This document shows, piece after piece, positions 38,372-48,532 of a DNA stretch of 64,000 nt. Origin of the DNA: Deltaproteobacteria bacterium. Its GTDB lineage: Bacteria > Desulfobacterota > Desulfobacteria > Desulfobacterales > B30-G6. Location of the stretch: positions 7,530 through 71,529 of the forward strand of contig JAJDNW010000006.1 of NCBI GenBank assembly GCA_022340465.1. The letters run 5' to 3'. Made by a program: the position numbers and the translations under genes. The first letter of the stretch is position 1; every line of letters begins with the position of its first letter. Below the pieces are notes generated by a model. That model ran no database searches and was not told where the DNA came from. It saw only the letters and a program-made list of their open reading frames with translations.

Positions 38372-38450
38372 TCCTCAAGAAAATATCAGGATATAGCCAC
38401 AATAGCACAGCAGCAAAACCACATGATCCTATCTCAGGGTGCAGGAGCAT

Positions 38451-38529
38451 CCATTCCTGAAAAACATCTAAATTCGAAAGTTACCCCACCACAACATGTA
38501 GTTTTTTCCCTATATATTTCAATAGTATA
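38451..38529. repeat. ~79-bp imperfect direct repeat, copy 1 (core AAATTCGAA..TTACCCCACCACAA)
   Basis: Ungapped hand alignment with 52951-53029: 61 of 79 positions identical, including a perfect 14-nt block TTACCCCACCACAA. Confidence 0.75.
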
Positions 38530-38858
38530 CGTTATAAACACGGCTCTTTCGCCCCGGGGTGGAAGGCTCTTTTCTCCTGGGCAAAAACTTTATGCGCTGT
38601 TTGTTTGGCGGACTAAAAACTCCTTCTGGATTCTTAGCGAAATTCCTCGCACTTTGGCACCTCGCTATCGCTTGGATTTTTGTTTTACCTATCTAACTAT
38701 ACTGAATAATGACCATAACAGACTATTAATAAGAGAAAAATGATACGTTCAGTTTGAAGGTGACCGGATAGGCAAAAAAATTATTCTTGACACATTTGCT
38801 CTCATAAAGTTAACTATATGAAACCCTATAAAACTATAAGAAACTCTGCGACTGAGCA

Positions 38859-39452
38859 ATGGAGCAACCCATGGATCCGTTCAGCGTCGCCAAGGCGATT
38901 AAAAATCTCAGGAAGGAAAAGGGCTATAGTCTCAACAGGCTGGCCTCACTGTCCGGCCTCTCGAAAGGATATCTATCCAAAATCGAAAACGGCATCAATG
39001 TCCCCACTATTACCACCATGGCCAGAATTGCCACCGCCCTGGAAGTGGAGGTGACCTTTTTTTTTATGCAGCAAGGGGCAAGCAGCCGGAACCGGAAGAT
39101 GGTGATTGTCCGCAGTGACGAAAGAAAGGAAATCAACATCAAGAGTCCGGAAAGCGTCGTTAGAAAACGGTGGCCGCTTGCAAGTCAGAAATATGACCGG
39201 CATATGCATCCATATATCATCGAAGTGCCGGTCGAGCCGACTAATCTGTATCAGTTCGAAGGCCAGGAGTTTTATTACATGCTCGATGGCAGTATTGAAA
39301 TGACCTATGACGGGGAAACGTTTGTTTTCGATGAGGGTGATTCCGTGTACATCGATTGCGACCTTCCATATTCCGGACGGAGTATGGGGCCGGGGCCTGC
39401 CAGGGTGCTTGTGGTAGTCTACCATATGGGGCCCAAAGAAAATAAGGCATAA
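38859..39452 (+). CDS. XRE-family HTH regulator with C-terminal cupin sensor domain
   Basis: 197 aa. IKNLRKEKGYSLNRLASLSGLSKGYLSKIENG HTH. C-terminal YYMLDGSIEMTYDGETFVFDEGDSVYI cupin strands. Confidence 0.8.
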   Translation: MEQPMDPFSVAKAIKNLRKEKGYSLNRLASLSGLSKGYLSKIENGINVPTITTMARIATALEVEVTFFFMQQGASSRNRKMVIVRSDERKEINIKSPESVVRKRWPLASQKYDRHMHPYIIEVPVEPTNLYQFEGQEFYYMLDGSIEMTYDGETFVFDEGDSVYIDCDLPYSGRSMGPGPARVLVVVYHMGPKENKA

Positions 39453-39537
39453 AGGGCATCATAAATCATATTTTTTAGTTAGTTCATGTAAAATTTAAAA
39501 TAAGATAGGGCAATAAACAACCAAAGGAGAAAAGCAG

Positions 39538-40995
39538 ATGATAAGATCAAGCAGCGGTGGGATAGACACTGTCCGGTTTTTAAAGGACAGTGACATGCAG
39601 AAGATTCATGAGCAGGCGCTATACCTGTTGGAGAATACCGGCATCGGCATCGAGCACCAGGTAGGCATGGAGATGCTCGAAAATACCGGCGCTGTTGTGG
39701 ATTACGACAAGAAAACAGCCCGCTTTTCAGCGTCGCTGGTGGAAAAGTGCCTGGCATCCGTACCCCGTAAAATCACCCTGGCCGGCAGAAATCCGGAGCG
39801 AGACCTGATCCTGGAACCAGGCGGCACCATTCGGACCCGCAATACCGGCGGGATGACCCAGATACACGACCTTGAAACCGGGGAAATCAGAGAATCCGTT
39901 CTTTCTGACACGGCCGACTTTGCCAGGCTCTTGGACGGACTGGACAACATCGATTTCATTGCGCCTCTATATGCGGCCGACGTGCCCCTTGAAATCCTGG
40001 AGCTCCAGGTGCTGGAAACCATGATGTGCAATACGGACAAGCATATCAACATCCGGGCTCTAGACAAAAGGACCTTTCCCTATCTTATCAAGATGGGCGA
40101 GATCGTGGCCGGCGGTAAGGAAGCTTTGAAAAAGCGACCGGTCATCAGCATTCTCGAAGCACCCATTTCCCCGCTGGTATTCCCCGATGTTTTTGTTGAT
40201 TCGCTCCTTTTAGGCGGGGAGGCCGGAATACCAATCGAAATCTGTTCTATGCCCAACGTGGGCGGAACCGGACCGATTACCCTGGCGGGATCGCTGCTGC
40301 TATCGACGGTCGAACACCTGGCGACCATTGTCATTTCACAGACGGGTTGTCCGGGGGCGCCCCTAGTCTGGGCATCGCGCTTCCCGGCCCTGGACATGAA
40401 GACCGGCAACACTGGCATGCTCACGGAGGGTGCCCTGGTGTCGGCGGCGGCCGCCCAGTTGGCATCGGAACACTACAACCTAATCTGCGACCTGCACGGC
40501 CCGGCCACCAATGCTGTCAACCCGGAAGGCGAGTCCGTCTTCGAAGAGTGCATCGGTGCGTTCGTGACGGGCTTTGCTGGGCGCCCGGCCGTTCTGTGCG
40601 GTGCAGGCGGGATGGAGCTGGGCATTGCCACCAGCTTCGAGCAGCTGGTCATCTCCAATGAGATTTATGCGGTGTTCCGCAGAGTACTGGAAGGATTTGT
40701 TGTCAATGACGATACGCTGGGCATGGATGCCATCGCTCAGGCGGGGATCGGTGGCAATTACCTGGGAGAACAGCACACCCTCGACCACCTGCGCAGCGAA
40801 CGGTTGAATTCCGACCTGCTGAAACCGAAAACAAGGGCCAAGTGGCTCGAAGAGGGCTCTAAAAGCCTGGTTGACCTGGCCCGTGAAAAAGCACGCGCCA
40901 TCCTGGCGGAGCACAAACCGGCGCGCCTGGACGACGCCACCCTGGCAAGCCTCAAAGCACTTGTCAAGAAGGCACAAAATGAATTCACCGGCTAA
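39538..40995 (+). CDS. MttB-superfamily (trimethylamine methyltransferase-like) protein, non-pyrrolysine
   Basis: 485 aa, uninterrupted (no in-frame TAG). LSDxxxxKIHEQAL.LLE.TG., [23 protein letters not shown] blocks are typical of PF06253-type proteins as I remember them. Confidence 0.8.
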   Translation: MIRSSSGGIDTVRFLKDSDMQKIHEQALYLLENTGIGIEHQVGMEMLENTGAVVDYDKKTARFSASLVEKCLASVPRKITLAGRNPERDLILEPGGTIRTRNTGGMTQIHDLETGEIRESVLSDTADFARLLDGLDNIDFIAPLYAADVPLEILELQVLETMMCNTDKHINIRALDKRTFPYLIKMGEIVAGGKEALKKRPVISILEAPISPLVFPDVFVDSLLLGGEAGIPIEICSMPNVGGTGPITLAGSLLLSTVEHLATIVISQTGCPGAPLVWASRFPALDMKTGNTGMLTEGALVSAAAAQLASEHYNLICDLHGPATNAVNPEGESVFEECIGAFVTGFAGRPAVLCGAGGMELGIATSFEQLVISNEIYAVFRRVLEGFVVNDDTLGMDAIAQAGIGGNYLGEQHTLDHLRSERLNSDLLKPKTRAKWLEEGSKSLVDLAREKARAILAEHKPARLDDATLASLKALVKKAQNEFTG

Positions 40996-41065
40996 GCAAG
41001 AGACAGGTAAAACGCACTCTTTCCACAGATAGGAATTGGCGAAAATAGATAAAGGAGAGAACAAG

Positions 41066-42286
41066 ATGAAAGCGATCGTACTTGGCGGTTGCGGGGCCGT
41101 CGGCAGCAATGCCGTTAAAACCCTGGTGAAGACGGAGACCTTTGCGGAGGTGGTTATCGGAGATTTCAACGAGGGAAAAGCCTCAGAAATGGTCGCCCAG
41201 TTAGGCGGTAAACTGTCCTTCGTCAAAATGGATGCCACCGACAGGGCCAGCATCGCAACGGCTATCGATGGTTGTGACTTGGTTGTGAATTGTGTCGGCC
41301 CATTTTACAGCACCGTTGAAAATATTCTTGCGACGGTTATCGAAGCGGGCATCGATTATGTGGATGTGTGTGATGATCCCGATGTGACGCTCAAGATTCT
41401 GGAACTAGACAGGAAGGCCAAGGACGCAGGTATTCTGGCCTTGATCGGCATGGGGGCGTCTCCCGGCATCACCAACCTTTTGGGCAAACTGATCGCCGAA
41501 GATTTCCTGGACGAAACCAATTCTATCGACATTTTTCACACCCACGGCGGAGAGTCCATCGAAGGGGAAGGCGTCATCGGGCACCGTTTCCACTGCATGA
41601 GCATCGACATTCCCATGTATCTGGACGGGGAGCTGAAATACGTAAAGTATTTCGAAAAGGACGGCATGGCCCTGCGGCAGCTGTTCGACTTTCCGGTGAT
41701 CGGCAAAAATATACCGGTGTTTCCCTATCCCCACCCGGAGCAATTGACCATGCCGGAGTATATCAAGCTCAAACAGGTTACCAACAAAGGATCCGTCCTG
41801 CCCATTCCTTATTACGAGCTGACCTCGGAATTATGTCGCATGGGTTTTGCGGACGATGAACCGCTGATGGTCAAGGGGCATACGGTGAAACCTTACGACT
41901 TTGCCGTTGCCTATATCATTCGGGAACGCAAGCGCATTCTCGAAGAGACGGGGTTCGGTTCCCAGCGGGGCGCCATGAGCGTGGTCGTCAAGGGAAGCAA
42001 AGGTGACAAACCACAGGAATACAGAGTGCATATAGTTTCGTCGGATAAGGCGCTGGGCGAGGGCACCGGCATTCCGGCCGCCGTGGGGGCCATCCTGCTG
42101 GGTCAGGGGAAATTGTCCGGCAAGGGTGTTCTACCGCCGGAGGCCTGTGTCGATCCCAAGGAATTCATCGAGGTGGTCAAGCCACTGATGGACATGACCG
42201 AGCAGGCCGACGGCAAAGTAGCCGACAGCAGCATCATTTTCGAGCATGTGGATGAGACGGGCAACGTTACAGTACTCGATTTTTAG
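41066..42286 (+). CDS. saccharopine dehydrogenase-family NAD(P) oxidoreductase
   Basis: MKAIVLGGCGAVGSNAV Rossmann start, VVNCVGPFY, ~400-aa two-domain size. ATG at 41066 after AAAGGAGAG. Confidence 0.75.
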   Translation: MKAIVLGGCGAVGSNAVKTLVKTETFAEVVIGDFNEGKASEMVAQLGGKLSFVKMDATDRASIATAIDGCDLVVNCVGPFYSTVENILATVIEAGIDYVDVCDDPDVTLKILELDRKAKDAGILALIGMGASPGITNLLGKLIAEDFLDETNSIDIFHTHGGESIEGEGVIGHRFHCMSIDIPMYLDGELKYVKYFEKDGMALRQLFDFPVIGKNIPVFPYPHPEQLTMPEYIKLKQVTNKGSVLPIPYYELTSELCRMGFADDEPLMVKGHTVKPYDFAVAYIIRERKRILEETGFGSQRGAMSVVVKGSKGDKPQEYRVHIVSSDKALGEGTGIPAAVGAILLGQGKLSGKGVLPPEACVDPKEFIEVVKPLMDMTEQADGKVADSSIIFEHVDETGNVTVLDF

Positions 42287-42346
42287 TGGGGGATATAAAA
42301 GTAGATTGCCAGGGGTCAGAAATCCGGCACAGTAGAGAGTAAGGGA

Positions 42347-44044
42347 GTGTACCAAGTGGGCAAACAAGATGACTTTTACCCGGACTGGACGACCAGGGCC
42401 CCTGAAAAAGGCACCTACCGGTCCATATTCAAATGGGGTGCTCCTGATCGCTTCAAACACCCCAATGCAGGTTTTTACAGTCTTTTAAAAGACGAACTCG
42501 GGTTGACGGATGCCGACTTTCAAGAGAAGCGCAACCAGGGAAATGGCCGGGTGCAATGCGACATCCCCATAAGCCTGAACACGGATCAGGTTCAACACTT
42601 CAAACAGATTGTCGGCGAAGACAACGTTGCCATGGACGACTACTCCAGGGTGAAATACTCACATGGTAAAACCGCCGAGGAGATCATGAAACTGCGGCGG
42701 GAGATCGTCGGCGATTTGGCCGACCTGGTGGTGCAACCCAGGAACAAGAGGGATGTCCGGGATATCATCTCTTATTGCCATGCTCAGAAAATAGCACTGT
42801 ATGCCCGGGGGGGCGGCTCCTCGGTCACCATGGGGTTCAAGTGCACCCGGGGCGGCATCTGCCTGGATTTGAGCAGGTACATGAACAAGGTTTTGGAACT
42901 GAACGAGACCAACCACACGGCCACGGTCGAATCGGGCATCCTTGGCCCCCAATACGAACACGCGCTCAATCATGCGCCGGCCCAAATGAGGGCCAAAAGG
43001 CGCTATACCTGCGGGCATTTCCCCCAGTCCTTCGAGTATTCCTCCGTCGGGGGCTGGATTGCCGCCCTGGGTTCCGGACAGCAGTCCACTTATTACGGCG
43101 ACATGTATGACCTTGTCGTCAGCCAGGAATATGTCACCCCGGTGGGTGAATTCAAAACTCTGGATTTCCCGGCCACAGCCACCGGCCCCAAGGTGAACGA
43201 CATCATGAAGGGCAGCGAGGGGGCTTTCGGGGTTCTGGTGAGCGCGACACTGAAAATATTCAGGTACATGCCGGAAAACCGGCAGCGTTTCGCCTTTGTG
43301 TTTCCCGATTGGCAAGCGGCCGTTGACGGCACAAGGGAAGTCTGCCAGGGGGAATTTGGGATGCCCTCGGTGTTCAGGATTTCCGACCCGGAAGAGACGG
43401 AGATCGCCCTGCGTTTGTACGGGATCGAGGGCACGGTCATAGACAAGGGCATCGTGCTACGCGGATACAAACCGGGCAAACGGTGCATCCTGGTGGGTCA
43501 GGCCGAAGGGGCCCTTTCCTATGCGAAAAATGTAAAAAAGAACATCAAGAAGGTGTGCCGGGCCCACAAGGCCATGTACATCGGCGGTTACCCCATGAAA
43601 AACTGGGAACACGGCAGGTATGCCGATCCTTACATGCGCGAGGATCTGGACGACTACGGCGTTATGGTCGACACACTTGAGTCGAGTGTCGCTTGGGACA
43701 ATCTCCACCGCCTGTATGAGGGTGTCAGGGAGTATATTAAATCCAGGGAGCATACGGTTTGCATGACCCATGCCTCCCATTTCTATCCCCAGGGGACGAA
43801 CCTATATTTTATCTTCATTTCTCGCATGGAAGACATAGAGGATTACCGGCAGTTCCAAAGCGGCATTATCGAACGCATAGCGGCATACGGCGGATCCCTG
43901 AGCCACCATCACGGTGTGGGCAAGATGATCGGTCCCTGGATGACAAAACACCTGGGGGATCAGCAGATGAATGTTCTGAGGGCTGTTAAAAACCATTTCG
44001 ACCCTCACGGCATCATGAATCCGGGGGGCACCTTGGGGCTATGA
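42347..44044 (+). CDS. FAD-linked oxidase (FAD_binding_4 plus FAD-oxidase_C), alkyl-DHAP-synthase-like
   Basis: 565 aa. Long N-terminal extension with KWGAPDRFKHP, then VVQPRNKRDVRDII...ALYARGGGSSV, C-terminal HHHGVGK and DPHGIMNPG. GTG at 42347 or 42356. Confidence 0.75.
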   Translation: MYQVGKQDDFYPDWTTRAPEKGTYRSIFKWGAPDRFKHPNAGFYSLLKDELGLTDADFQEKRNQGNGRVQCDIPISLNTDQVQHFKQIVGEDNVAMDDYSRVKYSHGKTAEEIMKLRREIVGDLADLVVQPRNKRDVRDIISYCHAQKIALYARGGGSSVTMGFKCTRGGICLDLSRYMNKVLELNETNHTATVESGILGPQYEHALNHAPAQMRAKRRYTCGHFPQSFEYSSVGGWIAALGSGQQSTYYGDMYDLVVSQEYVTPVGEFKTLDFPATATGPKVNDIMKGSEGAFGVLVSATLKIFRYMPENRQRFAFVFPDWQAAVDGTREVCQGEFGMPSVFRISDPEETEIALRLYGIEGTVIDKGIVLRGYKPGKRCILVGQAEGALSYAKNVKKNIKKVCRAHKAMYIGGYPMKNWEHGRYADPYMREDLDDYGVMVDTLESSVAWDNLHRLYEGVREYIKSREHTVCMTHASHFYPQGTNLYFIFISRMEDIEDYRQFQSGIIERIAAYGGSLSHHHGVGKMIGPWMTKHLGDQQMNVLRAVKNHFDPHGIMNPGGTLGL

Positions 44045-44070
44045 AAATTCAAGGTTTCGAGGGAACAACA

Positions 44071-44116
44071 CATAGCCGATAGTGTATAGTTCATCGTCTA
44101 CTATCAGCTATGAACT
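44071..44116. promoter_or_regulatory. overlapping inverted repeats in the leader of the first FGGY kinase gene
   Basis: CATAGCCGATAGT (44071-83) pairs with ACTATCAGCTATG (44100-12), 12 of 13. AGTTCAT (44088-94) pairs with ATGAACT (44110-16). The two pairings are mutually exclusive. Ends 34 nt before the ATG at 44150. Confidence 0.4.
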
Positions 44117-44149
44117 TTCTGCTGATCACTCTTGCGAAAAGGAGGGTAC

Positions 44150-45745
44150 ATGAACAGTAAGGTTCAGGAAAAGTACATTCTCGCAGTCGATCACGGGTCT
44201 ACGGGCTTGAAAACGTCCCTTTTCTCGACTTCCGGAAAGAGTATCGATTTCGAATTCGAGCCGACGCCCATCACCATACTGCCGGAAGGCGGGGCTGAAC
44301 AGGATCCCGAAGAGTGGTGGCAGGCAACCATCAAAACGTGCCGCCGGCTGGTGGAAAAAAAGAGCGTACCGGCTGAGGACATCGTGGCCATCGGTGTGTC
44401 CAGCACTTTTTCCAGCACCGTCGCAGTGGGCAGGAACAGGAAGCCGTTGATGAATGCGCTGACCTGGGCGGACAGCCGCGGTGCGAAGTATGTTCGGAAG
44501 ATCATGGGTGGGGCCATTGAAATCGGAGGGTACAGCCTGACAAATCTCCTAACCTGGATTCCCAAGACCGCCGGTGCACCGGCCCTGTCTGGAAAAGACG
44601 ACATCGCCCATGTGCTCTACATTAAAAATGCCCACCCGGAAATCTATGCGAACACGCACATGTTTCTGGGCAGCAAGGACTACCTCAACCTGAGATTGTC
44701 AGGTGAATTTGCCTCTTCCCCGGACTCCATGACCCTGTTTTGGGTGGTGAACATCAAGGACATTGACAACCTGGATTACGATGACCGGTTGATCCGCAAG
44801 CTTGATATCGACCTTGGCAAACTGCCCCCCCTGAAGCAGGCGACCGACATATTAGGGAACGTCCGGCCGGAGGTAGCCGATGAAATTGGCATCAAGCGGG
44901 ATGTGAAGGTCGTGGTCGGTTCTCCGGACCTGCAGTCGGCCGGTGTCGGGGCGGGCACGGTGGAGGATTACCAGGGACACATATATATCGGTACCGGGTC
45001 CTGGATCCATTGCGTGGTGCCCTACAAAAAAGCCGATGTTTTCCATCAGATTGCCACTTTTCCGCACGCCGTTCCAGGTAAATACTACACCGCCAATGCA
45101 CAGGACATTGCCGGCGGAAACCTGGCATTTTTGAAATCAAACCTGATTTATTATCAGAACGAATTGAACATTCAACGGCCCTCCGATTATCCAGACAACA
45201 TCTACGACACCTTCAACAAGATTGTCGAAGGTGTCGAGCCGGGTGCCGGGAAACTGATCTACACCCCCTGGCTGCACGGGGAAAGAACGCCGGTGGACAT
45301 CAATTCCCTGCGCGGCGGTTTTCACAACATGTCCATTTCCGCCACAATGAGTCACATGATCCGAGCCGTGTACGAGGGCGTGGCATTTAATACCAGGTGG
45401 ATGCTTTACTATGTGGAGAAATTTATTAAAAGAAAAATGGAATCTTTGTTGCTGGTCGGGGGAGGCGGTAATTCAGATGTCTGGTGCCAGATTTTCGCCG
45501 ATGTGCTAGACAGAGAAATCAGGCAGATTGAGGATCCGATTCAGTGCAATGGCCGGGGGGCTGCGTTTTTAGCTGCCATCGCCCTGGGTTATCAAACGGT
45601 TGCGGATCTTCCCCGACTGGTGAAGTGTACCGCCACCTACAGCCCCAATTCCGATAACCGAAAAATCTATGATGAATTGTATGACGCATTTCTGACCATA
45701 TATAAAAACAATAAAAAATTGTATAAACGGTTGAACCGTCAATAG
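44150..45745 (+). CDS. FGGY-family carbohydrate kinase
   Basis: YILAVDHGSTGLKT N-terminal ATPase motif, GSPDLQSAGVGAG, LLVGGGGNSDVWCQIFADVL C-terminal motif. ATG at 44150 after AAAGGAGGG. Confidence 0.85.
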   Translation: MNSKVQEKYILAVDHGSTGLKTSLFSTSGKSIDFEFEPTPITILPEGGAEQDPEEWWQATIKTCRRLVEKKSVPAEDIVAIGVSSTFSSTVAVGRNRKPLMNALTWADSRGAKYVRKIMGGAIEIGGYSLTNLLTWIPKTAGAPALSGKDDIAHVLYIKNAHPEIYANTHMFLGSKDYLNLRLSGEFASSPDSMTLFWVVNIKDIDNLDYDDRLIRKLDIDLGKLPPLKQATDILGNVRPEVADEIGIKRDVKVVVGSPDLQSAGVGAGTVEDYQGHIYIGTGSWIHCVVPYKKADVFHQIATFPHAVPGKYYTANAQDIAGGNLAFLKSNLIYYQNELNIQRPSDYPDNIYDTFNKIVEGVEPGAGKLIYTPWLHGERTPVDINSLRGGFHNMSISATMSHMIRAVYEGVAFNTRWMLYYVEKFIKRKMESLLLVGGGGNSDVWCQIFADVLDREIRQIEDPIQCNGRGAAFLAAIALGYQTVADLPRLVKCTATYSPNSDNRKIYDELYDAFLTIYKNNKKLYKRLNRQ

Positions 45746-45760
45746 GGAAAGGGGAGACGT

Positions 45761-47041
45761 ATGAATACGAAACTTGAAGACGAAACCCGGGGGCATGAAT
45801 CGAAATCATCAGGCTATAAATGGATAGTTTTTGGGGTCATGTTTGCCATCATGGGGATCGTCCTCGGAGCCAACTGGATGGTCATGCCGGTACTGTTCAC
45901 GCAGATGTCCGAAACCACCGGCATTGCCTTGTCGGCATTTCAGACCATCTGGGCACTGATTCCGCTCGCCGGTATTCTTATATGCCTGCCCGCCGGCCTG
46001 TTGGCCGACAAATTGGGTGTCTACTGGGTAATCGGTACATCTTTGATACTCTGTACCGTGTTTGGCTCCCTGCGAGGGGCGTTTTCCTCTTATGCCGGTA
46101 TTGCCGCCGCCACTTTTCTATGGGGGGGATCATCTTATGTATTCATGGTCAACTACCCTAAAGTCATCGGTCAATGGTTTCCGCCGAACCAACTGGCGGC
46201 GATCAACGGACTGGTCATGGCTGCCTATTCCATCGGGGCCGCTGTGGGCATGTCCATATCCGGCACGATGATTTCTACAGCCGTGGGCGGCTGGCAGAAC
46301 ACCTATCACTTCTGGGCGGCCCTGACGGGATTGTGTACGATTCTCTGGTTTGTGCTGGTCAAAGAAAAGCGGGATGCCGCTTCGGATATGGGGAAAAGTC
46401 AGGAAGCCATAGCAGCCGAAGCCAGTATCGGATCCTTGAGCATGGTCGGCAATATTCTGAAAATCAGGGATTCATGGTATCTGATCGCTATTTTTTCTCT
46501 GTTGATGGGTGGCTGGATAGGCCTCACGGGCTTATTCCCCAGCATGATGGAGCAATTGGGGTGGCCCCGGGCGGATGCCAACAATTCCATGGCGGTAGCG
46601 ACAGTGGCCATGATTGTCGGCTGTGCGATTTTGCCCACGCTGTCGGACTGGATCGGCAAGCGACGATGGATTTTTTCAGTTTCCATGATGTTATGCGGAT
46701 TGGCGACCGTGATGATGTTTCTCGCTGTTAAAACACCTGGCAATTCCATGTTGTGGGTATCTCTGACGGTTTTGGGTTTCATGGCCGGTGCCATGCCCAT
46801 CATTCTGGCGATACCCGTTGAATTGAAAGCCATCGGTATCGGCCTGGCTGGTACGGCGGTCGGGCTCATGAACATGGGCAGCAACATCACCGGATTCCTC
46901 TTTCCCCTGGCCGGGATGTCCATGTTAAACATCGAGCCCATCTGGTCGGGTCTATTGTTCGGTGGTGTTGGTTTTGTGCTGGCGGGCCTCCTGGCGCTGA
47001 TGCTTACGGAAACGGGAGCAAAAGCCAGGTCGAAACCCTGA
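45761..47041 (+). CDS. MFS transporter
   Basis: 426 aa, ~12 predicted TM segments. LADKLG loop 2-3 motif. Confidence 0.8.
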   Translation: MNTKLEDETRGHESKSSGYKWIVFGVMFAIMGIVLGANWMVMPVLFTQMSETTGIALSAFQTIWALIPLAGILICLPAGLLADKLGVYWVIGTSLILCTVFGSLRGAFSSYAGIAAATFLWGGSSYVFMVNYPKVIGQWFPPNQLAAINGLVMAAYSIGAAVGMSISGTMISTAVGGWQNTYHFWAALTGLCTILWFVLVKEKRDAASDMGKSQEAIAAEASIGSLSMVGNILKIRDSWYLIAIFSLLMGGWIGLTGLFPSMMEQLGWPRADANNSMAVATVAMIVGCAILPTLSDWIGKRRWIFSVSMMLCGLATVMMFLAVKTPGNSMLWVSLTVLGFMAGAMPIILAIPVELKAIGIGLAGTAVGLMNMGSNITGFLFPLAGMSMLNIEPIWSGLLFGGVGFVLAGLLALMLTETGAKARSKP

Positions 47042-47058
47042 CCCGAAAGGGAAGCTGA

Positions 47059-48519
47059 ATGTTAAAGACACGCAATGGCGGCATCAAAAGTGTTCGGTTT
47101 TTAACGAATGCGGACTTTTTGAAAATTCATGAACAATCCCTTTGCCTGCTGCAGGAAAAAGGGGTCGGGATTACACATGAATCTGCGCTAAAAAACCTGG
47201 CGGACTGCGGTGCAAATGTCAATTTTCAGACCAAGAACGTCACCATCAGTGCTGGCCTTGTTGAACAGGCTCTCAAGACAGTACCCCGTGAAATAACCAT
47301 GGCTGCAAGAAGTCAGGAGCGGGATATCGTCCTGGAACCCGGCGGAAAAATGTATACCAGGAATTCGGGGGGCATGACCCAGATCGTGGATATTGAATCC
47401 GGAGAGATAAGAGATGCGGTGCTTTCCGATACAGAAGATTTTACAAGGCTTGCAGATGCGTTAGAGCATATCAATGTGGTGGCCCCTCTATACCCTAGTG
47501 ATATGCCGCTGGAAATTTTAGAGCTGTATACGCTGAAAGCCATGTTCAAGCACACGGACAAGCATATAAGCGTGCGGGCACTGAATCCGGGGACCTTTCC
47601 TTTCATTGTAGAGATGGCCGGAGCTGTTGCCGGTGGTAGTGAGAAATTAAGAAAGCGGCCGATTATCAGTATACTGGACTCCCCCATATCCCCATTGTCT
47701 TTTCCCGATATTTTCGTAGACGCCTTGTACACAGGCGGTGAATACGGGATCCCGGTGGAAGCATGCTCCACACCGAATATCGGGGCCACCGGCCCCATAA
47801 CTCTGGCCGGCTCCCTGCTGCTGGCCAATGTCGAACAATTGGCCACCATCGTTATCTCACAGTTGGCCCACCCTGGTGCACCCCTTATATGGGCACCGAG
47901 GTTCCCCGCAATGGATATGTCCACCGGCATTACGGGCATGCTGACGGAGGGTGCCTTGATTTCAGCCGCGGCGGCACAAATGGCGGAGGAGTTCTATCGG
48001 CTGATCTGTGACTTTCATGGTCCGGCAACCAATGCCATCGTCGCTGGCTCGGAATCTGTTTTCCAGGAGTGCATCGCTGCATTCGTGACATCTTTTGCAG
48101 GCAGGCCGGCCTTATTGTGCGGGGCCGGGGCCTTGGAACTGGGGATCATTGCCAGTTTTGAAGATTTGGTTATCGCTGACGAACTTTTTGCTGTCTTGAA
48201 AAGGTCCATTGATGGCATCATCATCAATGAGGATACACTTGGGGCCGATGCAATAGCGGACGTCGGCATCGGGGGACATTATCTAGGCCACGAACACACG
48301 CTGAAACACCTCAGGGACAATCGTCTGAATTCATTCTTGTTGAAACCCAAAACCAGGGAACAGTGGGTTGAACAGGGCTCTCCATCGCTCGTCAAGAGGG
48401 CCGGTGATAAGGCGCGGGAGATATTGAAACATTACCAACCTGGAAAATTGGATGAGAGAACAGAAAAGGAACTTAACAACATCATCCATGCAGCCCACAA
48501 GGAATTATCCGATAATTAA
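47059..48519 (+). CDS. MttB-superfamily protein, non-pyrrolysine (paralog of 39538-40995)
   Basis: 486 aa, collinear with the first copy. Long shared blocks ([62 protein letters not shown]). Confidence 0.8.
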   Translation: MLKTRNGGIKSVRFLTNADFLKIHEQSLCLLQEKGVGITHESALKNLADCGANVNFQTKNVTISAGLVEQALKTVPREITMAARSQERDIVLEPGGKMYTRNSGGMTQIVDIESGEIRDAVLSDTEDFTRLADALEHINVVAPLYPSDMPLEILELYTLKAMFKHTDKHISVRALNPGTFPFIVEMAGAVAGGSEKLRKRPIISILDSPISPLSFPDIFVDALYTGGEYGIPVEACSTPNIGATGPITLAGSLLLANVEQLATIVISQLAHPGAPLIWAPRFPAMDMSTGITGMLTEGALISAAAAQMAEEFYRLICDFHGPATNAIVAGSESVFQECIAAFVTSFAGRPALLCGAGALELGIIASFEDLVIADELFAVLKRSIDGIIINEDTLGADAIADVGIGGHYLGHEHTLKHLRDNRLNSFLLKPKTREQWVEQGSPSLVKRAGDKAREILKHYQPGKLDERTEKELNNIIHAAHKELSDN

Positions 48520-48532
48520 GCAGGGGGTTTCA

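Noticed and set aside
38451-38529. TTCGAA plus CCACCA in the 79-bp repeat considered as a tRNA 3' fragment (classic att site)
   Set aside because: The sequences flanking TTCGAA are not complementary, so there is no T-stem. No acceptor-stem pairing partner exists. It does not fold as a tRNA remnant.
39538-48519. Possible pyrrolysine (in-frame TAG) in the two MttB-family genes
   Set aside because: Both frames are uninterrupted from start to stop, with no internal TAG. They belong to the non-Pyl branch.
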